A DNA stretch of 64,000 nucleotides from Lobosporangium transversale. Lineage: Eukaryota. Positions 51,086-63,825 of the stretch are shown piece after piece. Position 1 is the first letter of the stretch. Every line of letters starts with the position of its first letter. A program made the position numbers and the translations under genes. The DNA lies in the NCBI RefSeq assembly GCF_002105155.1, contig NW_019028982.1, positions 1 through 64,000 on the forward strand, in the 5' to 3' direction. Below the pieces are notes generated by a model that ran no database searches, was not told the origin of the DNA, and worked only from the letters and a program-made list of their open reading frames with translations.

Positions 51086-54000
51086 AACAATTCACATGGT
51101 TGTTATCACTATTGATTGAAGACACGTGTCTCATCTAGGAATTTATACTAGAATAAACGCGTCTTTCTTTAGGAACTTATCTATCTCCTGACCATTATTG
51201 GTCGATCACACGCACCATAACACATGCCTTCACCCAAAATAAGGGTTAGAGGACGATATGAGTGTGAGCATACAGGTTCTTTGCCACATATGAAATACAT
51301 GAGGGGTCAATATGGAGCCCACAGGCAGTTGAACATGGAGAAACATGAATAAATACTTTATGGACGCGGTATGTGGACCCACATCTTATTCTCATTTCTC
51401 TCTATGCTTATTAACTTGTCTAGCTGAACTCTTCAAATATTTTACCTAACACATGCAGCTCTAGGCAAGCAATAGCAGTCAGCTATATGCTATAGGAGCG
51501 CCGAAGTGGACTTTTTGAAGGGGGCACTTGAGCGGCGTGATACCATTATCCATCTCTAGTAACTGGTCGCACTAACAGACGAATATCCTTGAAATTCTAT
51601 TCGGCACCAACAGTCAAAGCCTCTAAAGAATGTAAAAGAAGCGCTTCTCACCCCTACCAGACACTATCGCCCACGGATAGGTAAAACAGGATACAGATCT
51701 TTGCTTTATAGAGGATTGGTGGTGAAAATAGTCCCCTAACATTAGAACCTCTTACAGTAGAGGGGCAGTAAGAAGTTGGAAGAAGATTTTGCTGCTTAAT
51801 TGATATTCGGGTCGACGAAGGAGTAAGGGAGCGGGAGCAATGAGCCACAGCGTTACCATAGCCTAATACTACACAGCAGGATGTTTTAATATCTGTTTAA
51901 ATTCGTTAGAGCTGCAATTGATAACTATAAAAAATAAATGGATATAATGTAAAAGCACATTATAAATTAGTTGGGCGAAAAATACTAATATTCGGCGGTC
52001 AATAAGGTGTGTTGATGCTCAGGCTGGAGAGAAACGAGCAAGTACACGAGATTGCATACCTACAGAATACATCGTCATTTTAGAATCCAATCACTTCAAG
52101 GATAATGGAAACAAGGACCAGCAGACCTATATGCCAACTATTCTATTTTTTGTATGACTTACCTTACATCCTTGGGACTCCATATAGGACGTTAACAAGT
52201 ATTCCGTTAGAGCCTGTTACTTCTTGGAGACTATCTTTAGAATATTGGTGCCGTTGCCAATTGTACTTTGTTTAAGATGTGATTGAAGCGGGAGACGTCG
52301 GTCGCGTGTTTAACCCACAAATAAGTACCGTAGCAGCACGTATCCCATCACGAGCAGCAATTGAAAGATTAAAAAAAAGCAGTAAATGGAGCTACATCTG
52401 CGCCTACACAAGTATCTCGCTTGCCATTGAGCCATTAGTACATACATGTACAGACTTTCAGTACTGAGAAAAAAGAAAAAAGTAACAATATCCATTTTCA
52501 TTGATATAACAGATTAACAATAGGGAATGTTGCTTTTAGCAAGCAGCGTTAATGATGACCTTCGGTCCTTTCCTTTCATTCACAGATTCACATACCCACA
52601 TAGAGTTGCTTGTCAACTAAACCAGAAGTTGGGCAGACTGTGTTCTGAACGGATGGTCAAAGCTCAGCCGAGAGATAAAAAGTTCGGCTGAGAGGCAGAG
52701 AAGAGAAGGAGAAGATAGATAAGGAACAGTCGATGGGAGCAAGGAGAAAAAGAACAGAATAATGGTCCAAGCGGCTATTTCCTCATCTATTGCGACCCTA
52801 CCCGAATCAGTTGGTGTTCATAGCAAGCGAAGAGTAGATCTAGACAGCGAACTATATGCTACGTAGTTGTAATTTACAGCCCAGAGTGACACTTTGATAA
52901 AACCTCTAATCTAGTGCATAAAAGTGTAAAAGTATAAAAATAAATGTGTCTTTGATGGCAAGGATGCTGTCCGAAATTTTCCATTACCTGTACTAAATTC
53001 AAGACAGATCGATGTCAATGCGCTGCCCATCGCTGATTGTGGAGAAGACCAAACTTTCTTCTAGGAATTGGACAAAGCGATGAGCGATAAGACCTTCAAA
53101 CTACGCAAATAACGCGTCCGAACGCTCGATAAAGTGTCGCAGTAAAAAAAAAAAAAAAAAAAAAACCACCACCCTTATCTTTCTGACTGAGATAGCAAAG
53201 CCGATTAAAAAAGTACGGCATAACAATGGAGTGCTGAAAGAAACTGAAACTTAGTGCATATAAAAAGATGTTCAATTGTAGGTATATATTATATATAATA
53301 TTTTATTTTATTTATTTATTTACAGTTTACCGTTTACTGATTGTCCGCACGAAGCGAACCGGGGCGAACCCGAGGAGAGAGAGCCCCGATTTCCACCAGC
53401 CGTGGCTACACAAAGAATTCGAAAAAGGGTGATAAACTACTTTATTGGTTTTAACATTTGAGCAGTATTAGAAGAGTCCTATTGACCCCTCGGTCCGTTT
53501 GATTGAGCAGTGTTTTTGTTCTCTCCTTCTTTCTCCTAGTTTTTACTTTTCTTCTTTTGTGAGTTGCCAGGTTATTTTCTCCTGTGCAACCGGCCTATGG
53601 ATCTCCTCCTGTCCTATAAGCATCACTGAGATATAATATATTTGTATAAAATAAAGACATTCATCCAACAACAGCAAAGTTGTAGTTCAGTACTTGGCAG
53701 GTGGACATTCTGGGCAGCCTGTTGTCTGTCAAAACCACGACTACTGATATCCTTCTAATCAATAAAGGACATCATTCATCATCAGATCAGCTTCAACTTC
53801 TTTCTTCTGCCCCATACTTACAGTTTTCATCCGTCTCTTGTCCACCATTTCTGTCTTCTTTTGATCGAGTACTTTAATACTTTAAATTCCTACAAATCAC
53901 TTGAAAGTAGCATGCTTTTGTTCGGCTTGATCCTTGGCTCTCTTATTGAACCTTAGTGCTTTCCGAAGGACACCTGTTTCTGCACAAAGCAAACACATTT

Positions 54001-54445
54001 GCACATTTACACACTTTGAGCTGAGAAGCGGTTCATTACTTCTTTCTCTTTTCCAACTCAATTCTCATTCATTAATTCATCATTCACTCTTCCATCCATT
54101 TTGTATTGACCTTCAAGGCCTCTTTTCTCTTCATTCTATTCCATTTCTCATTTCGTCGTTCTCTTTCCCTGTAATTCTTCCTCCTTTAACTGCTATACGT
54201 TTCTAAAAATATTCGACTAAAGCTAAAGCCACTCATAAAAAAAAAAAAAAAAAAAAAAAAAAACCACAGGTGCGTAGAATTGAATATTCAGAGAGGGGCT
54301 GAAAAGAGAAGCGATGTTGAAGTATTAAGAAAGAGAGGATTTTGTTATCCTGTGGACCAAAACCAGGACCAGGATCTGGTATTTTATTTATCTAACTCAC
54401 ATTGAATGGCTTAATGACATTTTAGATCATACACATTGGTTTGAT

Positions 54446-56737
54446 ATGCCACCAGAACGTCGCACCTTTGCTTCCCCTCCACGATCGTCCCTGACCATCG
54501 CTATTCCCACTCCCCACAGTCATTCTACAACAAGGACCTCTACAACAATCTCATCACATACATCCTCAACATTATCCTCGCCCGGCTCCAGCAATCCCAC
54601 GTCTATTCCTCCCCATCCGTCCATATCTTTCTCCACTTCTACCTCAAGGAATCCAGCAATACCAACCACACACTCTGTTCACTTTCATGATTCATACATT
54701 TCATCCTATCTAACCAATCGACATGCCAAAGAGGCGATGCTTAGTAAAGTTCATCATCGTAGCTTACCCAAGCATCAGCAGCTACGCATAGAACTACAAA
54801 AACGTCATGAAGAAAGTCAACGGCAGCTAAACGAGCGTAGTCAACTCCAAATTGCTTACCAGGAGTTCCATCGTCAACGCGAGCAATATCAAAGGGAGCA
54901 ACAGCAACAACAGCGGCATCTACAGTTGCAACAACTACACCAACTTCAGCAACAACGACAGTTGCAGGCACGACCTCCCTCTTCAGCAGCATCCACCAAC
55001 AGTACCATGACAGGAGCGTGGTCCTACACCTCCTCTTCTCCTCTCTCCTCCTCTTCCTCTTCTTCATCGTCATCAACGCTATCACCATCTGCCAATCATT
55101 CCCCTTTCCGTCATAGTCAATACTCTGACTGGTCTACGATCCGAGAAAAGGAACGTGCACGAATGTTAGCCAACATTGCATCTATTCGAGACACACTCCC
55201 TTCAGTACCACCACCTCAAGTTGCCAAAGAAAACCTACGACGTCTCTCTGAACGACTGCAGCATCGTCGGGCACGTACGCGCGAAACTATTCTGTATGAT
55301 ATTCATCAGGGTGTCAAAAGTGTTGAGGCTGAGGTTCATCGTCAGGTGGAACTCGTTCTCAGTCGACTCAAGGAAGCCCCTGGTTCCAGATATGCATTTG
55401 CATTGACCAATAGTTTTTTGTCTCAAATCCCATCATCACTATCCAATACACTTTTGCCCACAGCCAACATCCTACCTACACCACCTCCATCTTCAGATTC
55501 TTCTTCATCATCCTCACCCCTCTCTCCCTCAGCTTATACACCAGCATTCTTGGATGATGATAAAAAGCCACTTAAGCGCCGCTATGATCAAGATGGTAAC
55601 GAAGATATCTGGTCACGACAACAGCAAGAGCGAGATAGGATGGAGGCAGACTCTCTCTCAAACGAGTTTGATTCAATTGCACTAGCTGGAAGCGCCCACG
55701 CTACAGATACAGAAAGTGAACATCATGCACAAGAGCCACGGCAGCAGCAGCTCTCCATCTCAAGTTCAGGTGCCTCTGAGGTTCTCTCTGCATCCATGCA
55801 TACTAGTTACACCACTGCATGCTCCCGAGTGTTGGACGCAGCCTTGCCTTCTTTCATCCCTTCAATGGTTGCTCCTCTTGTATGCGTGTTTTCCTATCCT
55901 GCTCCATCTTCATCAGCACAGGCGAACCAAGGCACGGCTGAACAACAGCATCAACAACAGAAGGAGTTTGTTTTCCCATGGGGTCTACCTGATCAACCGA
56001 GGAATTTTTCGCAACATAGCAAGCAAGGATCGGTACCCTCACGTGTTGCCACACCCGATCCGGGAATCATAGTTGTGGATTCCAAATCATGGACACAGGC
56101 AGAACGCGAGGCATTGTACCTGGCTGCGACTCGTTTCCGTCTTTGTGGTCAATGGTCCAAAATTCGTGAGATGATGAATCTCCATAGGACTGATCAAGAG
56201 ATTGAAACTGAATACATGAAGCTGTATGGACATCGAGATGATGATATCGATGACGATGACGATGATGAAGGAGAGGAGAAGATCCATATTATCCACGGCG
56301 GTAATAGTGGACAAGACAGTGACCATGATGAACCTATGCACATGCATGAGGATGGCAAAGTCAAGAAAGATGGTCGTAATCAGATGGAGAGCATGGACGG
56401 AGATGCAGACGCAGATGATGAAGGTGAAGGTGAGCGTGCTGTGTTTATGAAGTTTGGAGGATCGCGACGCCATCATCAAGGTCAAAATCAAAGTCAAAGC
56501 CAGAGTCAAAGCCAGAATCAAAGCCAAGGTCCAGATGAGGAACAAAGCCAAATGGAATTGCATCGCTTATCAGTGCAACCACCTCGTATAGTCAGGGTTG
56601 GTGGCGAGATTGTCCCGTCTGGTTACGAGCAACAGCCGATTGTTGATCCTCGACAACGTGAGCCCATCCGCCTGCATAAAAAGGAGTTGTTGATTGATAA
56701 GCGCTTCACGTTGGAGGAGATCCCTATGAGAATCTAA
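54446..56737 (+). CDS. Low-complexity protein with a single Myb/SANT-like domain
   Basis: 763-aa ORF containing WTQAEREALYLAATRF…GQWSKI…LHRTDQEIETEY. Probable 5'UTR intron ~54270-54425 (GTGCGT…CTAAC…TAG). Confidence 0.8.
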   Translation: MPPERRTFASPPRSSLTIAIPTPHSHSTTRTSTTISSHTSSTLSSPGSSNPTSIPPHPSISFSTSTSRNPAIPTTHSVHFHDSYISSYLTNRHAKEAMLSKVHHRSLPKHQQLRIELQKRHEESQRQLNERSQLQIAYQEFHRQREQYQREQQQQQRHLQLQQLHQLQQQRQLQARPPSSAASTNSTMTGAWSYTSSSPLSSSSSSSSSSTLSPSANHSPFRHSQYSDWSTIREKERARMLANIASIRDTLPSVPPPQVAKENLRRLSERLQHRRARTRETILYDIHQGVKSVEAEVHRQVELVLSRLKEAPGSRYAFALTNSFLSQIPSSLSNTLLPTANILPTPPPSSDSSSSSSPLSPSAYTPAFLDDDKKPLKRRYDQDGNEDIWSRQQQERDRMEADSLSNEFDSIALAGSAHATDTESEHHAQEPRQQQLSISSSGASEVLSASMHTSYTTACSRVLDAALPSFIPSMVAPLVCVFSYPAPSSSAQANQGTAEQQHQQQKEFVFPWGLPDQPRNFSQHSKQGSVPSRVATPDPGIIVVDSKSWTQAEREALYLAATRFRLCGQWSKIREMMNLHRTDQEIETEYMKLYGHRDDDIDDDDDDEGEEKIHIIHGGNSGQDSDHDEPMHMHEDGKVKKDGRNQMESMDGDADADDEGEGERAVFMKFGGSRRHHQGQNQSQSQSQSQNQSQGPDEEQSQMELHRLSVQPPRIVRVGGEIVPSGYEQQPIVDPRQREPIRLHKKELLIDKRFTLEEIPMRI

Positions 56738-56882
56738 TGGATAATACTATAGGCATAGCATAGCATATATAACATAGAATAGAAATAATACTTCATTATC
56801 TGCCTCTATTGTTTTTCTTTCCCCTCGTCTCTCTTTTCATCTTTTATTATTATTATTATCATCATTATTATGATTCATTTAT

Positions 56883-56930
<48 letters not shown>

Positions 56931-57084
56931 GAGTTTTCAAAATACACATTATAATCAGAAAGAGCGCCATATTCTTCCGATTTTCACGTTCTTGTCTAAT
57001 ATGTATTATATAATAGTTGTTTGCTATATTCTATCCTACCTTCCTGCATGTGAAAGTTGCTCATGACTAAAAGCGTAATGAACC

Positions 57085-58111
57085 CTAAAAATCATCATTG
57101 TAGTCATCAGTTTCACGCTCTATTTCCTCTTCTGGCTCCTTGGGTTCTTGATCCTCTCCAAACTGAATAGCATTATCAACGTGCGATAAAATGGCTGTGA
57201 TTGAATCCTCGTCCGTAATATTTAGAGGTAAGAATGCCACCATGTTGAAATCCTCAACCAATTGACCAATCGCTTGGTTCAGCTGATGGTATCTGGGACT
57301 TGTCTTTTTGTTCACATCATCCATCAAGAGTAACGGATCTGGGTTGTAGTACCTACCCATATTACGAATATTTGTATATATATATATTTTTTTTAAAAAA
57401 ATCAGCTCCTCATGTTTGCCTATGGTCCAGATCTTTCTCATCATACATCTTTTCACATACCGTTCCAGTTCTGAAGGCTTCATCTTAGGCAAGAGATCCA
57501 TTTTACTCATGACATTGATATGAGGAATCTCTAGGTTGATCATTGCACTCATAGCGCTCATCACTCCTGCAAAAAACTTGGACTTGTCTTCTACGAATTG
57601 CTGATACATATGCGTCCCATACACACACATATATATAAAGATAAAGAAAAAAAGGAAAAAGAAAAAAAGGAAAAAGGAAAAAAGGAAAAAAAAAAAAAAA
57701 AAAAGGGTAAGCACACTAATATTGATCGTCAACAGTCAATATGTTAATTAATGTTATCATTGTAATAATGCGACTATAATTTCCGGTCCCTTCATCTGTC
57801 TCTCTTTTGTTTTTCTTTCTTTCTTACCGATTCAAGCAAATAGACGCCACAGATTGCAATGTTGAGTTTCGTCAAGGCTTCAACCAGTCGTTTCATGATA
57901 TCGAAATGTGTGTAAAGCTCAATCTGACCTGGGCAATCAATAATCAGATAGTCATCCGTATATGATCCAATCTCATCCTCCAGCCAGTCAATATTGTTCA
58001 TCAAAAATTCCATACAGTATATTAGCCCTCCATTGGGTCCATATTGAAGCTCTTCCATCACATCTTCCAAGGAAATCAGATCCCGGATGTCTAAAACCAT
58101 TTGATTTAGGT

Positions 58112-58148
<37 letters not shown>

Positions 58149-58171
58149 AGGTAGGTTAGCGAGAAAACTAG

Positions 58172-58206
<35 letters not shown>

Positions 58207-58686
58207 TGAAGTGTAGTGGGTAAGAAATGATATCTCATATTATATTATTATTGCAATGTACCAATTGTTGGTTCGTATTCAAATTTTTCTGCCGCGGGAT
58301 CAAGGTTGACAAGATGGACCGGCCTTCGAATGTTTTGGCAGTGTGTCATAATGGTTGAGCAGTATGTGGACTAACAACAGCAACAATAGTAATGAAATTT
58401 GGGATCATTAGTATACCATTCCATGTTCCAGAGCTGTCTTTAACTTGATGAAAAAGTAAAAAATTAGAATAAAAAATAAAAAAAAGCTCACCTTGCCACT
58501 TCCTGCAGGACCCATGACAAGTTGGCAATACCGACCCCTATATGAATCATAGCAATATTATCGAATGTGATAAAGTAATAATAATAATTAGAAACTTGCT
58601 TAATTTCTATCCTGTTATTCTTTTAACCTTCATGCATGACATGAAGGAAAAAAAAAGCCTCTTCTTTCAGTAATTCATGCATACAT
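57085..58686 (-). CDS. GPN3: GPN-loop GTPase 3 (6 coding exons; start codon split by an intron)
   Basis: [13 protein letters not shown]-loop, VNLDPAA, YGPNGGL GPN loop, [22 protein letters not shown]. Exons 58686-58685, 58537-58492, 58370-58262, 58090-57828, 57600-57461, 57352-57085. Confidence 0.93.
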
Positions 58687-59224
58687 TATGTTGATAAGCA
58701 ATAAAGTGTCCTCTGCGAATATTAATTATGTTCCCTGTTTAATGTTTGGTTGTTCTGTTTCGGCTCTTGCTCTTGCGTAATATTGGTAGTCGTTCAAGTC
58801 AAGGTTATGGCATGCGCAACTTTTACACTATTTTGATCACGAATCATCAACAAAAGCCACGAGGTTGTTTAATTTAAAATACAGTCACATTGACGTGAAG
58901 AGTGATTGGTAAAGAAAGGCATGATATGAACTGATATGCATGTGGCATATGGGCAAATGAAAGAAAACAGGCGAATATATTCCCAGCCAGCTGGGAAATT
59001 AAAAAAGACGTGCTCTAAAAAAAAAAAAAAAAAAAAAAAAAACAAACAAACAAAGAGTGGCATGCAACTATGATAAATGACAGTAACAATAACAAAAAAA
59101 ATAAAGAATGCGAGAATAACGATGTTAGAAATATAGTGGGAAATGAGTATATGAACAAAAGAAGTAGACAAGAAGCGGAGTATATCCATTCTCTGGAGGA
59201 ATCTGATCAAGCATTGCTGGTGAC

Positions 59225-61717
59225 CTATTGAGAGAACCCATGCTCTTCTAACCGATCTTCTGTAATTTCCATCTCGTTTTCTGACAAGTTCGTTCCTGAT
59301 GTAATATCAGTGTTACTTATTATGCCCATGCGCTGGATGCCTGGCGATAACCGAGATCGTCCTGGACTTGCCCCTGAGGTCGACCGCATCTTGTGCGACA
59401 AGTAATCCCACTTGCTAGCCATCGATCCCACGGACCGTTCTGGGAGGTAGTGTCGCTGGATGTCTGCCCATGCTCGGCCGAATCTTTCGACACCCTGTCT
59501 TAATAGATCCACCTCATGCTCTGACCACGGGGCATACTCGACGGGTCGCTTTGACCCAAGTTGTTCAGTCGTCGAAATATGCGTCTGAAGATAGTCCCAT
59601 TTAGCGGCGATTGAGTTGATAGATCGCTCTGGCAGATAAATCCGCTGAATATCCGTCCATGATCTACCAAATTGCTCTACCCCTCTTTCTAACAGCTCAA
59701 CTTCCTGATCTGACCACTGTAGTTCCATATTCCCTGATATCTGGGTTGTAGAGGTAGAAATAGATGTGTCACCTCTCATATAGACTGACCCAGAGTTCAA
59801 TGGCGATGATCTTCCTTGGCTGTCGTGTCGCCTTGAGTATAGATACCTAGTGGAGGGTTTTATGTCCACATCCATAGTGCTTGATACTGCAACAGCTCCA
59901 ACTTTGTCGTGCTGAGATCGAAGATGCTCGTATTGCGACATGAGGTACCAACGTCGCTTGCATTGCTCCTTGGTGACAACTGGATCCACTCCCATCAACT
60001 CTGAGACTCGCGACCAGTAGACTTTTTGATTATTGGGGAAATTCTTGATAATAATGTCCTCAAGGCGCCTCGTCAAGGGTTCGGTCCAGGTCATTGGTCG
60101 GTTCCTCTCCGTCCAAGGCTCAGACTCAGCCTGCGGGGTCTGCTCCACTTGTTGATGTAAATTATTATGGCTATCCTGCTGGCCAGTCATCGCTGAGAGC
60201 GACTCTGTAGAAGACACAGAAAACCTGTGCGCAGACTGAGCCTCTCTATACTGGTGCATTGCGGGATAGGCCGATGTGTTTATGTACGTCCCTTCTCTAG
60301 TCCAGACGGGTGAGAGTGATGCCTCTCTTGACGTTGACCCTTTTTTTGAATAGTGATCGAATTGTTGTCTGTCCCTCTCCTCAATCGGATAGTTCAGCTC
60401 TGGGCCATCACTACTGGGCAATATTGTCGTTCGTGGCGGGTATGGTTGATCTCTACTCTTCTTTGTAGATGGTCGCCCCACTGCCTTGTTTTGTGACGAA
60501 GTTTCCCATTTCAAATTATCATATGCTGCCCGAGATTGCTTCTTGTAGTGTATTAGTGGCCTTGCTGTTGGTGCTATCATTTCATGCTCTGATGTTTCAT
60601 CTCCTCCACGAGGTACAGCTTGCTGTTGTTGCTGCTGTTGCTGCTCGGCTTCACGTGCTTGCAATAAGCTCCACATGATCGAGATACCGCCCTGAGACCG
60701 CTCCGGAAGGTATTTCTCCTGGATTCTGTTCCATGAGGGCCCAAATTCTTCGTAGCCCTTTTTCAATAATGCCACTTCTTCTTCAGTTCCTGCGCGTCGT
60801 CGCATAATCTCCCATTTGTTTTTGCATTGCTTTCGAGTGAATGTATTACCCATTTGGGACGCAACCCAGACCCAATTGATGCGATAGCCGCCTGGAAAGC
60901 AATCTTCAATGAGATTTTTGAGTTGTTCTGATTGCTGTGGTGTCCACACTCTTACAGTCCGGGTGGGTTTGATGTCAGTAGAAGCAGTTACGGTGCTGCT
61001 GGATCGATTACGCCCCATTGTGCTTTTGGCGCTCGAAGGGCGTGACAAAGGAGAATGTTGTTCTGTATTCATCCCGACATCGTCATTCTCATCGTCCTGA
61101 TAGTCATCTAATGCAGGATGTGAGGAAACGCTAGATTTTCGAGGTGAAAATCGGTGTATTGGTTCCGGTGCTGGATGATGCGCATGACGGTGAACATGTG
61201 TGTTGAATGTTTCCTGCGATGATCGAGCACTAAGGGTAGAGGGGGATGTTGTGGTCAGCGCGGGCGTAGTCTGCTCCGGCACGGACGTGCGAGAAACTGA
61301 CACACTTTTTGAAGTCTGGATAGGCCAGGCCTCATCATCTGATTCAGGAAGTTCACCGTAGAGGCGTGCGTATTCCTGCTCAATCTCAAGTGTGCTACGG
61401 TGAAGATGCATACGCTCCTTCACTTCGGCCCACTGTCCATAGAGCTTGTATCGCTCGACAGCAATGTATAAAGCTTCCTGCTCTGCGTTGGTCCAGGGCC
61501 TCTTGACAGCGTCCTCTGACAGAGATAACTTTCGGATTGCCTTGAATGGCTTCTCATGGTTGTGAGGACTGTGAATAGGATCACTTGGAGTCCAAGGGAT
61601 TGTATGGGGAGGGGACATTGGAGAGGAAGAGCGTTTTTTCTGAGGATTGATTGGCGAATTAACAATAGTAGTGGGTGTTGATGGGTCTGTAGACTCGGTC
61701 ATGTCGCTCGAGGTCAT
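59225..61717 (-). CDS. Multi-repeat Myb/SANT domain protein (about 6 repeats)
   Basis: 830-aa intronless ORF with repeats starting WTNAEQ, WTPQQS, GTEEEV, WTEPLT, WSDQEV and WSEHEV, with Myb-like Trp spacing. Confidence 0.88.
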   Translation of the reverse strand: MTSSDMTESTDPSTPTTIVNSPINPQKKRSSSPMSPPHTIPWTPSDPIHSPHNHEKPFKAIRKLSLSEDAVKRPWTNAEQEALYIAVERYKLYGQWAEVKERMHLHRSTLEIEQEYARLYGELPESDDEAWPIQTSKSVSVSRTSVPEQTTPALTTTSPSTLSARSSQETFNTHVHRHAHHPAPEPIHRFSPRKSSVSSHPALDDYQDDENDDVGMNTEQHSPLSRPSSAKSTMGRNRSSSTVTASTDIKPTRTVRVWTPQQSEQLKNLIEDCFPGGYRINWVWVASQMGNTFTRKQCKNKWEIMRRRAGTEEEVALLKKGYEEFGPSWNRIQEKYLPERSQGGISIMWSLLQAREAEQQQQQQQQAVPRGGDETSEHEMIAPTARPLIHYKKQSRAAYDNLKWETSSQNKAVGRPSTKKSRDQPYPPRTTILPSSDGPELNYPIEERDRQQFDHYSKKGSTSREASLSPVWTREGTYINTSAYPAMHQYREAQSAHRFSVSSTESLSAMTGQQDSHNNLHQQVEQTPQAESEPWTERNRPMTWTEPLTRRLEDIIIKNFPNNQKVYWSRVSELMGVDPVVTKEQCKRRWYLMSQYEHLRSQHDKVGAVAVSSTMDVDIKPSTRYLYSRRHDSQGRSSPLNSGSVYMRGDTSISTSTTQISGNMELQWSDQEVELLERGVEQFGRSWTDIQRIYLPERSINSIAAKWDYLQTHISTTEQLGSKRPVEYAPWSEHEVDLLRQGVERFGRAWADIQRHYLPERSVGSMASKWDYLSHKMRSTSGASPGRSRLSPGIQRMGIISNTDITSGTNLSENEMEITEDRLEEHGFSQ

Positions 61718-63825
61718 AACAAACGGGGCTGGGGTATCAGAATGAGTATCCGATAAAAAATATGAGTAACACTTTTTTTTTTTTTTTTTTTTTTTTTGCG
61801 CGCTTTAGAAAAAAAGAGTTGTGTCTTCGTATTGGGAAGTCAGGAAAAGACCCCGCAGGATGTGGCCGAATTTCTTAGATTGAACGGGAAAATGAAAGCG
61901 AGGCTAGTCGAAAGCTTTGTTTCGGTGTACAATTGATATTGTTCAGCAGCAAATGGAAGAGAAAGGTACGTAAGTTAGAGCAACCAATGCAGACTGATAG
62001 GAGATGTTGAGCAGATATGAAATTATTTGAGGGCGAGTGAGCAATGATCAGCCCGAAACATATGCATTGGCATGAGATAACCACTTACAGTACAGTTCTT
62101 GTCATATCACCCACCCAAGGAAAGGAATAAGGCTTTTTTATCAAGCGCTTCGGGCAATGTAATAAGAACGAGAGGGAAAAAATCGAAAAAGACGTTGTGG
62201 GAGTCCTGAGAGAGGCAGTTAAACGACGTGATCTTGTGGAGAAGCGAAATAAATAACCTTGGCGTGCGATTGGATAGGCAGAGGTGGCCAAAAAGGCAAG
62301 ATCAAGAGAGGACGCGTCTGGAAGTCGGATGTAGATTTGTTGTATATGAGAAGGGTAAGGGAAGTGTTGTTGACCTGAGGAAAAAAAAAAAAAAAAAAAG
62401 TTTGGTGAGAAAAGAATACTACAAGAGAAAAATATTTTTTATATACTATTGTTATTTGTCGTCCTCTTCTTAATGTGAATGTGCGTTCTCTCAAGAAAGG
62501 AAATTGAGGTGAAGATCGATTGAAGTACCCCAAGAGAAGAGAGCGCAAGAGATTGAGAGTTAAAAAAAGATGGGGGAGGAAAATAGGCAAGGAATGGATA
62601 TGATACGATGTGATGGGAGGACAAAGAAGGAATGTTGGATGGGCAATCATAGGCAAGTAAGCACAAGAAACGAGAGCCAAAGTATGGGCACAGAGACTGG
62701 AGCCAAGAAACGATTATATTATCTGAGAAATGTAATCCTTTGCATATAAAAGAAGATGCTGTAGAGAGGAAGTGACAGAGAGAAGTGAGCAGGAAAATTG
62801 TGTATTGGACGGGAGAAACGAAATGATACGATTCAGTAATGCATACTATGCTGTTAATGGTGTAAAGTTGTCATTGTTGTTAATGCTGTTTATATTGTTA
62901 ATGGTGTAATGCTGCCAAGGTTGTTGGTTGATGCTGTTTCTTTTTGCACTGGCGGTGCTGTCGACGTTTGGGAAATATATTCGATATTGGTGTATTGAAG
63001 TGAATGAATGAATAAATGAATGGATAGATAAAATAGATAAAATAATCTAATTCAATAACATCTATAATATTTGTAATAGTTAATGTTACGAGCTTAAATT
63101 CATAACCAAGCCTTTGTCTGCGCTTTTTTTTTTTTTTTTTTTTTTCTTTTAAAAAAAAGCACCTGTGCGGGAAGCGAAGCGGATCGAAATTGATCTTTGT
63201 AAAACGATATCCGGATTTGTATACGAAAAAGAGTGTTTATATAAAAGTGTTTGTATCCTTACCAGTAAATATAAAATAAATAATAGAATAAAATAAATAA
63301 AGAGCGACCAACGAACCTTTTTTTTTAATTCATGAGAAGAGATGAATAATGAGGAAAGAGAAGACAAGAGCAGTTGAAGTAAAGAGCTGGAACGAATGAA
63401 GACAGAGAACAATCAATTGTTGTGGGAAATTAGGAGAGGGAAATGAGAGGAGGGAGGGGTCGTCAAAGGAATAATAATAATAGTACTAATAATAATAATA
63501 GTAAAATAAAGAACTATTTTTCACGCGGTGGTCAGTGCAATAAGAATAATAAATAGTGGTAATAAACAGGAACAAACAAAATAAAAGACAACCACAAGTG
63601 ACACGCGATGAAGTTGCAAACAGTAATCGCAATGAAAAAGGAATGAGGAATCAGAGGTTATAAGGAATGAGGTCAAGAGAAGCAACTGACAGACTGAAAG
63701 TAATAGAAGTTGGATAGATGAAGCAGACGAGGAAGAAGTAAAGAAGGTAAGAAAGAAAGAATAAAAAAGATTGGAAAAAGAGGAAGGGAAGTAGGGGAGG
63801 GAAGCAGGGAAGGGAAGAGAGGGAA

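Noticed and set aside
51119..51140. Palindrome GACACGTGTC followed by CTAG as a Helitron 3' end
   Set aside because: Spacing too short, no following T, and no other Helitron evidence.
53340..53410. Minus-strand GGTGGAAATCGG resembling RNase P CR-I, and GGTTCG B-box-like motifs
   Set aside because: Followed by AT-rich DNA; no CR-V partner and no cloverleaf.
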